A DNA stretch of 64,000 nucleotides, taken from the human T2T-CHM13v2.0 reference genome, Homo sapiens. The notes below the pieces were generated by a model that was not told the origin of the DNA, made no database searches, and saw only the letters and a list, made by a program, of their open reading frames with translations. Shown here piece by piece: positions 1 through 17,099 of the stretch (position 1 is the first letter of the stretch; each line of letters opens with the position of its first letter). The translations under genes were made by a program, and so were the position numbers. The stretch lies in the NCBI RefSeq assembly GCF_009914755.1, contig NC_060937.1. One strand, given 5' to 3'.

Positions 1-17
1 ATCACAAAACATTATAG

Positions 18-338
<321 letters not shown>

Positions 339-1499
339 CTGCTTTGTAAGTTTTACATCATATATCCCCTGTGTTAGACCAAGAGCTTGTAAAAGCCAGA
401 AGACATACACTATTTATAGTTCAATTAGAGATGTTCACTGATAAAACTGATTCTTCCATCTGAGGGTGGTATTTGTAGTTACAGTAATGTAGATCACAAT
501 CTAAGTTATGTTCTATAAACTGTGTCACTGACATCTCAATCTACAGCTAACTTTGATTTTTTAAAAGCAGAGGAGTGGGTTGTATAGGTTTAGAAATACA
601 TCCATCAAGCTAGTTAAGTGAGATGGATTCAAGCCTTCAACTCACTGGAATATTTACCAAATTGACTATTCATTAGCTAAAGGAGCCATATAAACAAGGT
701 ACTTTTTAAAATTCAAAATTATGTAAGGTTTTATTTCCTTTTTATGTTGTTATGAATTGGATTGTAGAGGTTATAAGGTAAAATAAGATTACTTTTACAG
801 TAAAACATACAACACATTGTCGCAAGAGGGCAGCCTTTGAACACGAATTGCTTCTCAGGCATTCCTTGAAATTTTGAGAGTTACTTTAATTAACACAACA
901 AAATAATAAAACACTACAGAGGATCTAAGAAGATACTTTGACTTATGCATATTGTTACTTTTTTATTACTGCTAGTGGAAGATGTAATCGACAAGAAAGG
1001 TAAGGGCTGAATTTGTTTTATGTAAAAAGACAAATTTCTTTGGGTTTTAGCTTTCAAACATCAAGATAGTAGGTCAATGTCTAAATGAGTGTATCAAAGT
1101 TCTCACAATGGCACATGTAAATCCACCTCTTGTCTACCCAAAACTCTAACCAAGCAAAGGCAAGTTGGAAGAATCAGACAAATGTAAGTCCCTAGGATAC
1201 ATAAATGCCACGGGATTTTATGTTTTTAACTTTCAACCACCTAAGTTTCACTAAGAGACATGTTATTTGGAGAGGTTGCTAAAGTGTATTTGTATGATGT
1301 CTCTGTTTACGGTTGGTCTGGACCTCTTTCTGTCCAGTGGTTGCCCTCAACTGATGAGAGTTACCTCTCTAAAGATCATGCTTACGTCTCTGGAGCAGAC
1401 CACAGCACTATCAATGTCTGACGTCCACCTTTTTCCAATTAATATTTCTGTACTTACTGAATTGGAAAACATACAGGTGTTTTTTGCCTGGTCACTTGT

Positions 1500-1576
1500 G
1501 GTTTTACAACACTCCCCCCACTTCCCCACCACTGCCCCAGGTGATTTTGATGCCAGCCAAAGTGTGAGAACTACTG
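1500..1576. mobile_element. MER5-like hAT-Charlie DNA transposon fragment
   Basis: ccccaggtgattttgatgccagccaaagtgtgagaactactg resembles the MER5 terminus. Confidence 0.55.
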
Positions 1577-1589
1577 GCAGCTGCTGGCA

Positions 1590-1900
1590 GACAGCAGCAA
1601 AGGCCCAAATCCTCTGTGTGATTTCAAGACCCGTATCTGGTTTTCAGCCATATTTCCTTCTCCTTCTCACAGCTGAGTCCACTCCTCCTCCCTCACCACC
1701 TGTAGGCTATGCTTTCCAGCCTGTGTCCAGGATTAGTCCTGATGTAAGGCACGTGGGGTTTAAGGAGCTCTCTCTTCAGTCTTATTTCCACACCATCTCT
1801 GACAGATATATTCCAGTTGTAATCATGGGGCTACCTCCTCTTGTTTCCAGTCCCATGCTCGTTTTCTCTATCACATTCTACCTTGTAATAACCTAAATCT
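1590..1900 (+). mobile_element. Probable degraded L2 LINE fragment
   Basis: The opposite strand reads ggtcttgaaatcacacagaggatttgggcctttg, resembling the L2 motif gggccttgaatgcc...ggagtttggacttt. Very diverged. Confidence 0.4.
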
Positions 1901-2569
1901 TCTGGTGGGCAACCTTCTTCCTCAATCAAATTTGTGTTTATGATTGTGTTGGGGATTGGCATAGTAATCCAGGTACTGCTACTGCCTTGAAAGCGGAGAA
2001 TGCATCCTTCTGTCTGGATATCTTGAGTTTCTGGATTGTAAACCTTATTAGGGCCCATTTTTCCTAGAATTGGAGCCTCTACTTTGTTCTTGCTACTTTA
2101 GTTCACCCAGAAAGCACGATCTCTGCCTAAATTTCAAAGTGTTGGCTAGTTTAAATATCCTTTTGTGAGACTTTTGTCTTCCTGCGGGGTGATTTTTTCA
2201 TCTTACATATCATTGCTAATCTTTTTACCTTGAATGTAATTGAAATAGTTTTAATCTGTGTTACCAGCAACAAGAACCCCTTTTATGAGATGAAGAGGCC
2301 AGGTCAGTCTCATAACGTGTGTCCCCCTCCGTGTGTTGAATTTATGTCAGAGCCAGGTTCTTTCCTATTTGATGTCTCTCACAAAATTCCAGTGTTTATG
2401 TCCTAGGAGGTGCCCAATAAATTCTAGAGTTGATACAAGCTGTAATTTTAGAGAAATTAAATTAGCAAGTAGAATTAGATTATATACAACCTAATCAACT
2501 TTTTTTTTTTTCCTGAGGATGACCAAGATTTGGGCTTCAGTGACAATAGTTATCCCCTAAATATTTATA

Positions 2570-2765
2570 CTCAATCTAGGATCACCAGTAAAATTTTGAA
2601 TAGAGGTGATGAACACACACATCCTTTTCTTGTCCTAATCTATGTGGTTTAAACATTTACGCTTTCACAATTAAATATAATATTGTTTATATGTTTTGTT
2701 GTGGATGCTTTCCACCACTTCGAGAAAATTTCTTTTTCTAGCTTGCTGAGAGTTTTTTTTTTTTT
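2570..2765 (-). mobile_element. Old L1M ORF2 fragment (antisense)
   Basis: ttgaatagaggtgatgaacacacacatccttttcttgtcct...ttgctgagagttttt matches antisense L1 ORF2. Confidence 0.75.
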
Positions 2766-2769
2766 TTAA

Positions 2770-3392
2770 TCAGCAATAGATATTTCTCCAAAGAAAATAT
2801 CCAAATTACCAACAGGTACATGAAATAAATGCTCAGCATCACTAATCATCAGGGAAATGCAAATCAAAACCACAAAGAGATATTGCCTCAAGCCTGTTAG
2901 AATGGTCTTATTAAAACAAAAAGATAACGAGTGTTAACAATGGGGAGAAATTGGAACACTTGTACAGTGTTTCTGGGAAAGTAAAACTGTGCAGCCTCTA
3001 TGGAAAACAGTACAGTTGTTCCTCAAAAAAATTAAGAAAGTAGAACTACCATATGATCTAGCAATCTCACTTCAGGTTATTTATCTGAAAGAATTGAGAT
3101 TGGGATGATTCTCAGGCTCATTGCAGCATTATTTACACTAATCAAAATGTGGAAATAAGGTTAATGTTTATTGGCAGATGAATAGATAAAGAAAATGTGG
3201 TATATTCATACAACGGAATATTATTCAGCTTTAAAACAAGAAAATCCGGCAATATGCAACATGGATGAACCTAGAGGACATTAATGCTACGTAAAGTAAA
3301 TCAGTCACAGAAGGACAAACTGTATGATTCCACTTGTATAAAGTATCTAAGATAGCCAAATTAATTAGAATCACAGATTAGAATGGTGATAG
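2770..3392 (+). mobile_element. L1MA/L1MB-type 3' fragment nested in the older antisense L1
   Basis: catcactaatcatcagggaaatgcaaatcaaaaccac...gaactaccatatgatctagcaatctcactt...aatcagtcacagaaggacaaa is the L1 ORF2 C-terminus/3' UTR. Confidence 0.85.
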
Positions 3393-3394
3393 CC

Positions 3395-6900
<3,506 letters not shown>

Positions 6901-7123
6901 TGAATATTCTACTATTTCTGCCTGTTTTCTGTTTCTCATTACCATCAAATGTGTATTTAATTTTTTTTAGAGTTAATAGTTTTTTTCCCTGCATTTGAGT
7001 TAGACCTGAGCTACTACCACATTTTGTAATTCAAACTTTTTGTCTAACAATGTTTTAAAAAACTCTTTATTTGGAGGGAATTCTCAAATTTCTAAATACT
7101 CTACAAACATTAGGATCAGGGCT

Positions 7124-7185
7124 CACATTCCCAGTTTCCCTTGTAGCCAGATGTGCATATGGAACATGGCCTCAGCTAATGAAGC
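7124..7185. mobile_element. MLT1-like (MaLR) LTR fragment
   Basis: cacattcccagtttcccttgtagccagatgtgcatatgg...gctaatgaag resembles the MLT1 motif catttcccagcctcccttgcagctagg. Confidence 0.45.
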
Positions 7186-8956
7186 ATACCCACATATTTG
7201 AAAGTAAGAAAAGTGTTAAGAGGAACTGTAGATATCATTTTAGTTGATGTAAGGATGGAAAATAAATAACCAACTTTCACTGGTGGACTTTGTCTTCAAT
7301 CATTGTTTTCCTGTGGGTAAGTGGCTAATTTTCTGGCCTAGAGGTGAAATTGGTGTGTTGGTAAGAATTGATTTAATGATAACCTGCTTTTGTCTTTTTA
7401 AAAATTGTTAATCCACCATTGTTTCTGGTCCTGTTTTATACTTATGCAGTGTATAATCTCTCATGCAAAATTTAGTTCTTTGTTTCTCAGCTTAAACTGG
7501 ATTTTGATGAGCAGTTTTCACCTTCAAATGAAAGAAATGGCCTTGGTTGATGTTAGACAAAAGTAACAAGAAGGAATTAAAGAAATTTGTTTGTCATCTT
7601 GTAACATTAAATAAATGAAACTGAAAATTCAACAATTCTGCTTCATAAAAAAGTAGAAAGTTTCTACTGTTTTTCATTATTTTCAAAGCTATATCATTAA
7701 ATGAAATTTCTGCCTCATGGAAGGTTTTTAGAACTATGTAATAATACCATACAGACCATTAGGAGAGAAATGAATAAAGACTGAAAGAAGTAAGCACTGT
7801 GTGGTAACATAGATGGTGCACAGTTGTGTGCGTGGAGCCCTAATACATTTGACCATGGAATTTATACAATAAATGTCAGTTTCCTGTGAACCTGATAATT
7901 TATATGACTTTCGCAGACCTTTCCTTAACCTAAACTGTTTAGGTTTCCTGTCGACAGACTGCATGTATTCTCACCTTTAACCTTTCCATAATCTTCCCTA
8001 ATTACAGATGTCATTGATTCTTAATAGCAAAAGAACAGCAGTAGCTTATAAAGTTATATTATTTGTTTTTTACTAATATGTGAAGTGATTTTGTCTTTCA
8101 TTTCACCTCTAGAGCTAATTATGTCTTCTAGGTTAACAAAAATTCCAGATCATACCATCATTAGTTTAAACTTTACAATGAAATCATTATTTCCATTTAT
8201 TACTAGCCTGCATTATAGCAATGTTTAGCTAATGAATTCTCAAAATATTTCTTGAAAGGTGAAAGAGTACCTCAAGTAAATGGTGTAATTAATTTATTTA
8301 TCAGAATTTTAAATTAAGTGTTCTGTTTAATCTCAAAGGGGTACCAATGAAGTCAGGGCATAAGGACTCTGTGGTTAATAAAATGGCAAGAATTAAAAAG
8401 GATTATTACATTTTTCCTCATACTATGATGGCTATAATTTTTTAAAACAGTAGAAATGTTTAATTTTTAAAGGCTACTAGTGTCTATTTCATTCAAAGAT
8501 GTGAACTCTTCAGTTCAACTTGTTGTTTGAAATTTGAACAGCTTTTTCTTGCTCTTGTTCAATACAGTTATTTAACAGTCCAGGCAGGCCTCCGGAGTTA
8601 CATATATGTATGTGGCTATGTGTGTATATATACATAGAAGTACAAATAGCATATAAACAATTTACATAAGACTTTTGCTTTTGATGAAAATTCTTCTAAA
8701 AGTGAATATAAATTAATAGCATATGGAGCCTACAAAAATTGTCCAATAGGGAACTAGGAAAAGATAATTTGTGAAGAAAAAGTTTGCTAAAACAGACTTT
8801 TTATTTTTACATGTAATAACTTTATATTGAAGGGTTTCCAGAAATATAAAATATTATAGGGCACTTATCCTGAGACACATGAAGGAGACAAGGGATAGAG
8901 CTAGGATGGAAGTGAAAATAAAGGACAAATAGAGATAGATACTTAAGTGGAAATGA

Positions 8957-9203
8957 AACACTGCATGTTCTCACTCATAGGTGGGAATTGAACAATGAGA
9001 ACACATGCACACAGGAAGGGGAACATCACACACCAGGGCCTGTTGTGGGGTGGGGAGAGGGGGTAGGGATAGCATTAGGAGATATACCTAATGCTAAATG
9101 ACGAGTTAATGGGTGCAGCACACCAACATGGCACATGTATACATATGTAATTAAACTGCACGTTGTGCACATGTGCCCTAAAACTTAAAGTATAAAAAAA
9201 AAA
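8957..9203 (+). mobile_element. 5'-truncated L1PA (about L1PA4) 3' end
   Basis: catgttctcactcataggtgggaattgaacaatgag...cctaaaacttaaagtata followed by poly(A). Confidence 0.95.
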
Positions 9204-9686
9204 TCATCAAACAGGTGGTAATTTCAAAACATGGCTTTTCCAGGCAGCAAATTTTCTGAATGTATCGCAAAAGAAGATAAATTGCATGTCTATGTAGATC
9301 ATGTCAATGAAATAAACAACAAAGTTACTTATTGGAATATTGAAAGTGGTTGATAGTAAATAAATTATTTATATTTATGGTAAAAGCAATAAACTTGATT
9401 TTTAGGGGGTTCAATGACTTCCTGAAAATATCCTCTCACAGATTTTCTCAGAGTGTCTAGTTGGCAAAAGCACAGCTCCAAATAGCTATTTCTGTCAACG
9501 TCTACAGAACATTTACAGTTTGATTTCCATTTCTACTGACCTTACAAATTTGTAAAGTGAATGCCCACCAGGACAAAATATTAAGTGATAAAATTAATTG
9601 GATCCTACAAGTGCAAATCTAGGCAAGGAAAATCTTCTTCCTTCTTAATGAATGATTTTTATGTCTCTTCATTCTTGTCCTTCTAG

Positions 9687-9734
9687 GTAGAGCAACACTC
9701 TGGAGACCTTCTTTCGAGGCATTTCACCACCAGA
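9687..9734 (+). other. Candidate 48-nt exon (gene unidentified)
   Basis: Polypyrimidine tract tctcttcattcttgtccttctag, then 48 nt, then AGA|gtaagt donor. Based on splice signals only. Confidence 0.3.
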
Positions 9735-10797
9735 GTAAGTGTGATGTGTGAGTAATTAGTCCACCCACAGGGAGCTGGTGAAATTAAATGGGAAGTTATT
9801 TCCTAACTGGCATATCTTGGAGTAAAATTAATCTAATAACAGCTTTCATAAGAGAGCATAAGCTTAAAAGACAACATTTTTCATTCAACTTTACCAAACA
9901 AAGTGCAAATTTAGGTGTCCAGTTGTGAAGTTTTGTTGTGTGTGGATTGTACAGTGAAGGTACCAGTGGACAACAGTTGCTCATCAAGCAAGTTTATACA
10001 AAAGCTTTCGGACAAGTCCAACTCTAGATAAAATTCTAAAGTATTTCATGCTTGTGTTCAGAGTTTCTTTTTCTCTATCCAAGGTAACCCACATATCAAA
10101 AGACATATGGGTTGTGGGTAGAACTTCCTAAAATTGTTGGTGAGAAGTGTGCCATGCATAAGCATACTTCACTAGCTTGAATTTTCTGTTAGTCTCACAG
10201 GCAACAATTACAATCCTGTATGTTTTTCTATCTCCACACACTCCTGAACATAGAAAGACCAAGTAACATCCCTGGTTAAGATGTGTACAGGTTACAAGAC
10301 ATGTCTAAATATATTCACCAAGAGGTTTATTATTTTCACAGTGGCATTCACTAAATCAGTTGTCAGTGTAGCATTACTCAAGGAATAAGCAGGGTCTTTA
10401 ATTTATCAAAGTTTGGAGTGCACCCCAAGTTGGATCACTGAAGCACATAACTATAGATAAGATCACTCAAAAGCACAAATCCAGGTAATAAATATTCAGT
10501 AGTAGTTTATATGCATTTAGCAATTTGAATGCTGGGAAGTGTAGCCCAGAAAATCAATCGACTTGGAGCTATTAAAGAGGCATTCATGGCACCTGCACTT
10601 TGAATCTCTTCAGACTCAGGTTAAACAGGAGACATGGTAGCTCATGTATAGTGCAAAAACCCTTCATCTTTCCCTTTTTATCTATGAAACTACCCTTTTC
10701 AATGTTATCTAGATGCCTGAAGGTATGAATAACCTTGATCTTGGTAAAAAATGGTACCATCCATCAGCAAAATCTCACTGATCAGTGTCTATGTTAC

Positions 10798-10911
10798 CTC
10801 ACTGAGTTAGCCTTTTGTGTTGTTGTGGTCCAGAATGACAATGTTGACACAATCCAAACCAGTAGTTGGAAAGTTAATGTTGGATGCGTCTTTGATAATT
10901 GATGGAATGAC
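10798..10911 (-). other. Candidate 114-nt exon or pseudo-exon (gene unidentified)
   Basis: Minus strand: cacatttgatttcag|GTCATT...GTGAG|gtaaca. Length is a multiple of 3 and the sequence does not look like a repeat. Confidence 0.3.
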
Positions 10912-11111
10912 CTGAAATCAAATGTGAGGCAGTGGAGACACAAGAATGCTATTCAGGAAGTTAGTGATCTGTGGAGATACTAAATGAAATATCTGGAAGG
11001 AAATGTAATCTTGCAACTATGCTTTTATGTGTTTTTTGACATAAAAAGTTTCTATTTATGGTGGAGCTAGAGTGTCCATTTCCCATGAAGTTCCCATAGT
11101 GTTAACTAATA

Positions 11112-11486
11112 CAGTCATGTGTCACTTAATGACAGCGGTGTGTCTGAGAAATGCATTGCTGGACAATTTTATTATTGTATGAACATCACAGAGTTTACTT
11201 ACACAAACCTAGATGCTATAGCTGATTACATATCTAGGTTAGGTGGTATAGCCTATTCCTCCTAGGCTACAAACCTGTGCAGCATGTTACTGTACTGAAT
11301 ACTGTAGGCAATTGTAACACAACAGTTAAGTATATCTATACTTACTTATATCTATACAGTAAGTGTATCTATACATGTCTAAACATACAAGAGGTACAGT
11401 AAAAGTACAGCGTTATGATTTTATTGCACCACTGTCATACATGTGCACTATCCTTGACCAAAATGTTGTTATGTGATGCATGATTG
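11112..11486 (+). mobile_element. Tigger3a (MER7A) non-autonomous TcMar DNA transposon, complete
   Basis: TA|cagtcatg...catgattg|TA terminal inverted repeats with TA target duplication. Internal acacaaacctagatg and ctaggctacaaacctgt motifs. Confidence 0.9.
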
Positions 11487-11978
11487 TAACAAAAGAATTA
11501 ATTAAATATAATATTGAAGTGCCTATTGAGATTTCAATGAAGAGAGGAATATTTGTAAATTCTGATTACCTTAAGTGGGAATTGACTTTCTTCCTGTTTC
11601 CATGGCTGTTCTTGTGAAAGAACATAGCTTTCCAAAGACCTGAAATCTCTGACAAATCTTGCAATTCTCTATTGCCTGCATTATGAAGGTCACCTGGTAT
11701 CAAATGAGGCAAAATGGTAGATTATAAAGACCTGTACTTGTCAGTTCCTAAACATAGCAAGCCTTGGTCTATCTTGAACATTTCTGCAGTTATAAATGAG
11801 CCTTGGGTCATGATTTTCTGCCTTTTTATCATAGACAAGATTTAATTTAGGAGATGTCCTTTTAATGTGTAATGTGAATAGTAAGTGACACTTATGAAGC
11901 CTATTTTCTTCCAGCCATTTTAATTGTCAAATCTGTCCAGTCAAGATGCATTGTTAGAGGCTTCACTGACAACACCGT

Positions 11979-12004
11979 CTGTGTGTGTGGTTGTGTGTGT
12001 GTGT
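11979..12004. repeat. Interrupted (TG)n microsatellite
   Basis: ctgtgtgtgtggttgtgtgtgtgtgt. Confidence 0.8.
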
Positions 12005-12415
12005 ATACATACATATGATTGAGCAGGATTTATTGTAAGTCAAAACAGTCTCAAATTTCTTAGGACAATACAGCTTCCTTGGCCATTCCCTTGGAGCTCT
12101 GAGTTGAGGAGCTGGTGATGTGTATTTCTCTTGCATGTTCTCCACATTATCCCTATGCAGACCTTCCATGGGCTTGGTTTTGGAACCAGTGATGAGGAAG
12201 ATCACTAGAATTGTTGTTGTCAAAAAGATTCCTCCATTCTTCTGTATAAGCAATGGCAATTTTCCCTGACCAATATTTCTTCTTTTGAAATGGTAAATTT
12301 TGAATATTAACTGATTAGTATAATCCCATAAAATAACAAAGTTTGAGCCCTATGATCTGTATTTTAGGCTAAAGTTGTGTTTTATGCTAAATCATCATTT
12401 ACTCCATGTATGATC

Positions 12416-12594
12416 TTTTTTTTTTTTTTTTTTTTTGAGACAGAGTCTCACACTGTCACTCAGGCTGGAGTGCAGTGGCACAATTTTGGCTTACTGCAAG
12501 CTCCGCCTCCCAGGTGCACACCATCCTCCTGCTTCAGCCTCCTGAGTAGCTGGGACTACAGGTGCCCACCACCACACCCAGCTAATTGTTTTTT
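12416..12594 (-). mobile_element. AluY right monomer only (truncated at the A-rich linker)
   Basis: Poly-T, then gcaagctccgcctccc (AluY). Ends at cagctaattgtttttt with no left arm. Confidence 0.9.
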
Positions 12595-13249
12595 AAGATT
12601 AAGGGCGAAATAAAAGCTGCTCCCCTATATTACATTCATAAATCAGAATTATTAAAGCAAGCTATTTATTTATTACAAACACATACTCCAAATTTAGCAT
12701 CTAAGACATGACAGCCTTTCAAGAGACATCAATTTACTTTTTAGGGTCTATAGCTATATTTGTATTCATGTTATTGGTGTCCATAATATTTCATTAGATG
12801 TTCTGGGTAAATTGATAAATGAAAATAATGTATGTGATAAGGAGAACAACCTAGGTCTCCTGGAGGGCCCCTTACAACTCAGCTGGTGTTAGCAGAAATG
12901 CCTGGGTGTAACAGTGAGAAACAACCTTTCAAAAGTATTGAGCAATTTTTCAGGCAGAGGAATATGTATGCCAATCCAGGCAGCAAGATAAGTGGAGGTC
13001 AGTTAAAAGATCAGTGTGTGATTACATTTTTTTTTTAAGGTTTCTACTGAGAGGAAATATAACACTCAGTTATTATTTTCTCCGCATATCTCTGGTTATT
13101 TTGTCACAACTTTTTATGTAAGCTACTACCAAACACTGGGTTATCCAAGATCTATGGGTCGTATTCAATATTTGCTTTTCCCTCAACTACTAACACGTTT
13201 GATTCCCTTTGTAACTTTCTCCCCTATTTCTCCTTTCAACCTGTTTTCT

Positions 13250-13610
13250 CCAACCACACTGAGTTAATAAGCCTCCTATATACTCTCATACCCTGTTTTA
13301 TCTAAAGAGATTTCCTTTTTCTACTATTATACCCATCTCATTCCTTAATTTATTTCTTCTTATTTCTCTCTCTATTTTTTACTCTTTTAGGCACAGCTCA
13401 TGTCTCATGACTTTCAAAAAGTTTTTCTTCTGATATTCCCAGCTCGAATTAGGTACATCCTGATCAGTTTCCTTAGACTTACAAGTCTGCATATTATTGG
13501 CTTGCAATCTGTCTTAGGCTGGGAATTAGCTCCTTGTAGGCAGGGACTAGAATTTATTTCCTCTTATGTCCATAATGCCTGACACAGGAACTATTCTCAC
13601 ATACAAATTG
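13250..13610 (+). mobile_element. L2 3' fragment
   Basis: agctccttgtaggcagggact...ataatgcctgacacagg resembles the L2 3' end. Confidence 0.55.
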
Positions 13611-14219
13611 TAGGGCCATAATTCCTGAGAACATATGTATATTTTAGTGACTCATAAAGGCTTGAAATACATTTTTAAAATGATTAATTGGGAAGTCCAT
13701 GAACTTGACATCTTGATGTAGAAGAAAAGCAAGGGCAGATGAAGAAGTTATACAGGATACTTGAAATACCAGAAGAATATAATCAGAGAGCAATAAATTA
13801 ATCCTAGATTTTTAGATGTGAAGAAGTTCTGAGAAATATTTGAAGACTTGGCTCTAGGGATGAGTACATAACAGAGGCCAGTAGCCAGACTCAGAGCTTT
13901 AAAGAGTGAAGAAATTGCATTGCAGGGGGAAGGACTGTTGTATACTAAATAGAAATTGTCATTAAATGGAAGACTAAGCAAGAGGCTGATGATCTGTGGA
14001 TTAGAGACCAAAATGGTGTGGAGATAGAGGTTAATGCCATAATCTACAAAGAAGATATTTTTGTGCCAGAAAGAAATAATAGGTCTAGAATGTAATAAAA
14101 GATAAATAGTTAACTACATTGTAATGTGGTCTGAGAACTCACTGAAGGCATAGCCATTGATATTAACTTCCACTTTGCTTCCAGACAAAATATTTTAAAT
14201 ATCTTAAAAATTACATTTG

Positions 14220-14455
14220 ATATTGTATGATTCATCAAGACAGAAAGTAAAGCTGTAGTTGCCCTGGGGGGGTGGGGAATGGGGAGTCACTTTTAATGGG
14301 TACAGTATTTCAATTTTACAAGACAAAAAGAATTATGGAGATGGGTGGTGGTGATGCTTGCACAACATTGTGAATACATTTAGTGACACCGAATTGTATA
14401 CTTAACAATGGTTAAGATGCAAATTGTTGAGTGTGTTTTGCCACAATTAAAAAAC
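14220..14455 (+). mobile_element. L1MB-type 3' UTR fragment
   Basis: ttaatgggtacagtatttca...ggagatgggtggtggtgatgcttgcacaacattgtgaat...aatggttaagatg...ccacaattaaaaa. Confidence 0.85.
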
Positions 14456-15074
14456 AGAAAACAATAGTATTTGAAGATATAGCCCATTTCATCTGGTAGC
14501 TAGCTGTATGTGTCTGCTCAGCTGTGGATAGATATTTATGCTGTTTCTGAACTGGAGGTTACTGGTATTCTCTAAGGTATAGGAAAATTGATCTTATGTG
14601 GCTAACTGAGGTGGATATAGTTGTATCAGTCAGACAGTAATGATATAATCATGATAGTTTACATTTAACACAACTTACATGTGTTATACTTTAGAAAGCA
14701 CTTCATAGATATTATTACTTCATACCATTTTCCCCTTACCATATTTGTCTCTCCTTTCTCTGCTGACTTCACAAAATGTCTGTTCCACACTACTCAGTTC
14801 ATCTCCTTATTTTGTCAAAATTTTAAGTATCAGAGTCTCCAAAAAAAAATTCCAGAAAAGTCTCATCAGCTTTCGGTCATTGATTAATCGATGCTCTTAG
14901 AGGGTTTCCCTTCCCCTTCTCAATTTAACATAGCTTCCCAATTCACTTGCCAGTAAAACAAAGTGGTTTATATGGTTTTGTATTTCTTCCTGCTGAATTA
15001 TGAACATTTTTTCATATTGACATTGATTTCCATCTGGCCATGAAATACTCAAGGTGAAGACAATGAAACAAAAT

Positions 15075-15292
15075 TGTTAATATTTATCAAGAGCCAGGTA
15101 CTGTTTTCAGTGTCCTAGAAGCATAAACTAGTGTAATGCTCACCAGCTCATATGAGAGGCAAAAATGGATGAAACTATAAAACCAAGACACAGAGAGTTA
15201 AGGGAAATTTCCCAAGATCACACAGCCACTGAGGATATGAACTAGATTTTGACTTCAGGCTGTTTACCCCAGAACCTGTGCTTTCAACCGTC
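15075..15292 (-). mobile_element. MIR SINE
   Basis: gacacagagagttaagggaaatttcccaagatcacacagc is the antisense MIR core. Confidence 0.75.
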
Positions 15293-15334
15293 ATTTGTAC
15301 TGCTTCCCTAAATTACACTTGAGTACACTGTGAC

Positions 15335-15490
15335 ATCAAATTTCACCTATGACACTGATTATCTGGGGAACTTTGCAACTTATTCTGAATATGACTCAGT
15401 TTTCTTTTCTGTACAGAGGTAAAGTCAGTATATACTCCATAGATTTGTTATAAGGATTATATGACACAAGAGAAGGCTTTAAAAGGACTT
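15335..15490 (+). mobile_element. MIR SINE
   Basis: gactcagttttcttttctgtac...catagatttgttataaggatta is the sense MIR core. Confidence 0.6.
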
Positions 15491-17099
15491 GGAAAGCAAT
15501 AAGCTTTTTTGTTTTCAATCATTTTTCAATAGGTTATCAGTGTTGTGAATGGTTCATGAAAAATGACTTTGGGCTCAGTGAGTAACTGAAATGTTGTTGT
15601 TTAATAGTGTGTTTAATATTAATATAATAGTAACAAATGTTGTTATTGTTGAGTAATAGTTATTTGGCTTTTCGCTGCTTTTCTTTTCTAGTGTTTTAGT
15701 CAGAGACTTCTTAAGTCTCTTCAAGTGTGTACACATTTCTTAAATTTGTTGGAAAGTACCAAATTTAAGATATCTTGCTTTTTTTCTTCCTTAGTAAACA
15801 CTAAATTCCATCACGCAGCAGAAAAAGGGCTCTGTTATTGTCGGTACAATGGTTTAATATTCACTTTTATTCCCTATATCATAGTTCTGATTTAATTACT
15901 ATTTAGAATAAAACTTGTTCCTTATTATATGCATTCATAATTATAAAATTTGTGTTTTAATGCCTTCTACAAATATACTGTGCTTTTCTTTATTTCCTTA
16001 TATCTTTTACTGTTGCATGATCCTGGTATTTGAAATCTCATTAAGTGTTGTTTGGGGATTTGCTGGGAATGTCGTCTACATAGTAATGTCTCAAGTTTGT
16101 AGCATCTTTAAAACATAATAGGAGATGGAATTCACAGCAGAGTAATAAGCCTCCCACTTTAGGCAATATATTTGTGATTGACATGACTTTATTCCCAGAG
16201 GGCAGTTAGCAACACAATATTATGGCTATGTGTACAAGGAAAACAAATTTTAAAAATCTCCTTTAAAAAAAAACAGTTCCCAATCCTAACCAGTATCATG
16301 CACAAAATCCGTTTCCACCTCTTCATATGGAAGCAGCTCTGGGTGGACATCTAGAAAGTTGGATAACTATTTATCACATATGATCTGCAAAGGGAGAGAT
16401 TTACAAGAAAGTATTAAATTTGATCCATAGGAAAGCAAAATCAAAAATCAATGAATTTTCCATTTGTAGTTTTCCCTAAGGGCTCTACTCTCAAGATGGC
16501 TTAAATGCATTAGAATTCAATGACTAGGCACAATTGTTTGTTAGTGACATAAAAGCAAGGTAAGCATTTCTGCTTTATGAGTCCAAGCACAGGGACACTT
16601 GGTTTTCTTTGGAAGGATATCATAAAGGCAATGTTTATGAGTAATCCCTCATTGTCTTTTCTTCTGTAGCATTCAATGCTATGTACTAAAATTTAGAAAT
16701 GAAAACTACTTAAAGACCACCTGCTAAGTTTCATGCATTTCAAATTCTCAGATCCTGAGTGTTTAAATATGTCTGTATTTCTTCATGAAAAAAACATAAT
16801 CTTTGCCAAGTTAGAAAAAGAAAAACTCATATTCCCATTTTTAACTAAAGGTAATCAGAAATTTGGACAGTTTTTAGCCTTCAATACATTATGTAATTTG
16901 GGTAACAGGCTGAATAAAAGTAAGGAACTTCAGTTAAATTCAGAGAGAAGCTAGTAATTATTTCTAAGACTCAAATGTATAGAACAGATCTCTGATATTA
17001 AGGATAAGACCCTCAAAGGTGACCCAAAGTGGGTAATTGTGGGATTATTTTAGGAGGAATCATCATATATTCTTACTGCTATAAATACAGTCAAATGTC

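Noticed and set aside
1267-1896. 209-aa ORF
   Set aside because: Starts at TTG, crosses MER5-like and L2-like relics, and has no recognisable domain.
11963-12259. 98-aa minus-strand ORF with a hydrophobic N-terminus (signal-peptide-like)
   Set aside because: TTG start, ends in a (CA)n microsatellite, and no recognised homology. Kept only as a possible exon context.
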